Assembly (NCBI GenBank): GCA_965233585.1
Contig: CBDDTI010000407.1
Span: 1-10,175, forward strand
Direction of reading: 5' to 3'
From: a bacterium
GTDB lineage: Bacteria > SAR324 > NAC60-12
Length of the DNA stretch: 10,175 nt
Positions 9,790 through 10,175 of this stretch are shown here, piece after piece. Both the position numbers and the translations under genes were made by a program. The notes beneath the pieces were generated by a model. That model had not been told where the DNA came from, searched no databases, and saw nothing but the letters and a program-made list of their open reading frames with translations. Every line of letters begins with the position of its first letter. Within the stretch, counting starts at the first letter, position 1.

Positions 9790-10175
9790 TTAAGGACGTT
9801 CGCGCCCAAAAACTTTCCACACACAGATTTTTTTAAAACTTTGACTGACGGTAGAAAATGATAAGATTAAACAAAAAACGTAAAAAAAATCGGGGATCAC
9901 CGAACTCGTTTTTAAGATAAGGCGTAGCTCAGACCATAGCATTTCTAGGATTTTCAGTCATTCGAGGCGATTCTGGCCGGTGTCATTACTATCGGCATAT
10001 ATTTAACTTGAAGAATCATATCTAAGCTATGAGTGTTTAACACGGCTTATATAGGCCTATTTGATAGATCTTTGCTGCATGTGTCATTAAATCAAATAGA
10101 ATTAGCCTTAAAAAATACAACTTATAAGTCACGCACGCCTGTATCCATGTACCAATTCGACCCTTTTTTAATAGT
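9790..10175. mobile_element. Possible left end of a TTAA-flanked non-autonomous DNA transposon (Kolobok-like)
   Basis: TTAA followed by GGACGTTCGCGCCC marks an abrupt compositional change and resembles TTAA-GG termini. The partner TIR is not in the window. Confidence 0.3.

Overview
This is eukaryotic, probably invertebrate, genomic DNA; a cnidarian/coral-type host is an inference from the repeat content. It holds part of a decayed endogenous Polinton/Maverick-like virus (adintovirus-like). The viral virion module has two divergent arms. The minus-strand arm carries an A32/FtsK-like packaging ATPase pseudogene (6573-7134) and a very long fibre/adhesin-like pseudogene (<1-6583). The plus-strand arm carries a gene with a C-terminal 'L..AGN' motif (7242-8254), a minor capsid/penton-like gene (8259-9211) and a small basic core-protein-like gene (9238-~9579). 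Three younger mobile elements are nested in these genes, and removing each one restores the viral reading frame. The first is a 3.69 kb Ty3/Gypsy (Mag-like) LTR retrotransposon (1876-5561) with near-identical short LTRs, a GCAAT TSD, a tRNA-Leu PBS and a PPT. Its single Gag-PR-IN ORF has an in-frame deletion of almost all RT/RNase H. The second is a 200 bp 3' end of a non-LTR retroelement (1120-1319). The third is a 176 bp Harbinger-like MITE (8669-8844). No major capsid protein, pPolB, adenain protease or viral integrase gene is visible in the window. After ~9520 the sequence looks like non-coding host repeat DNA.
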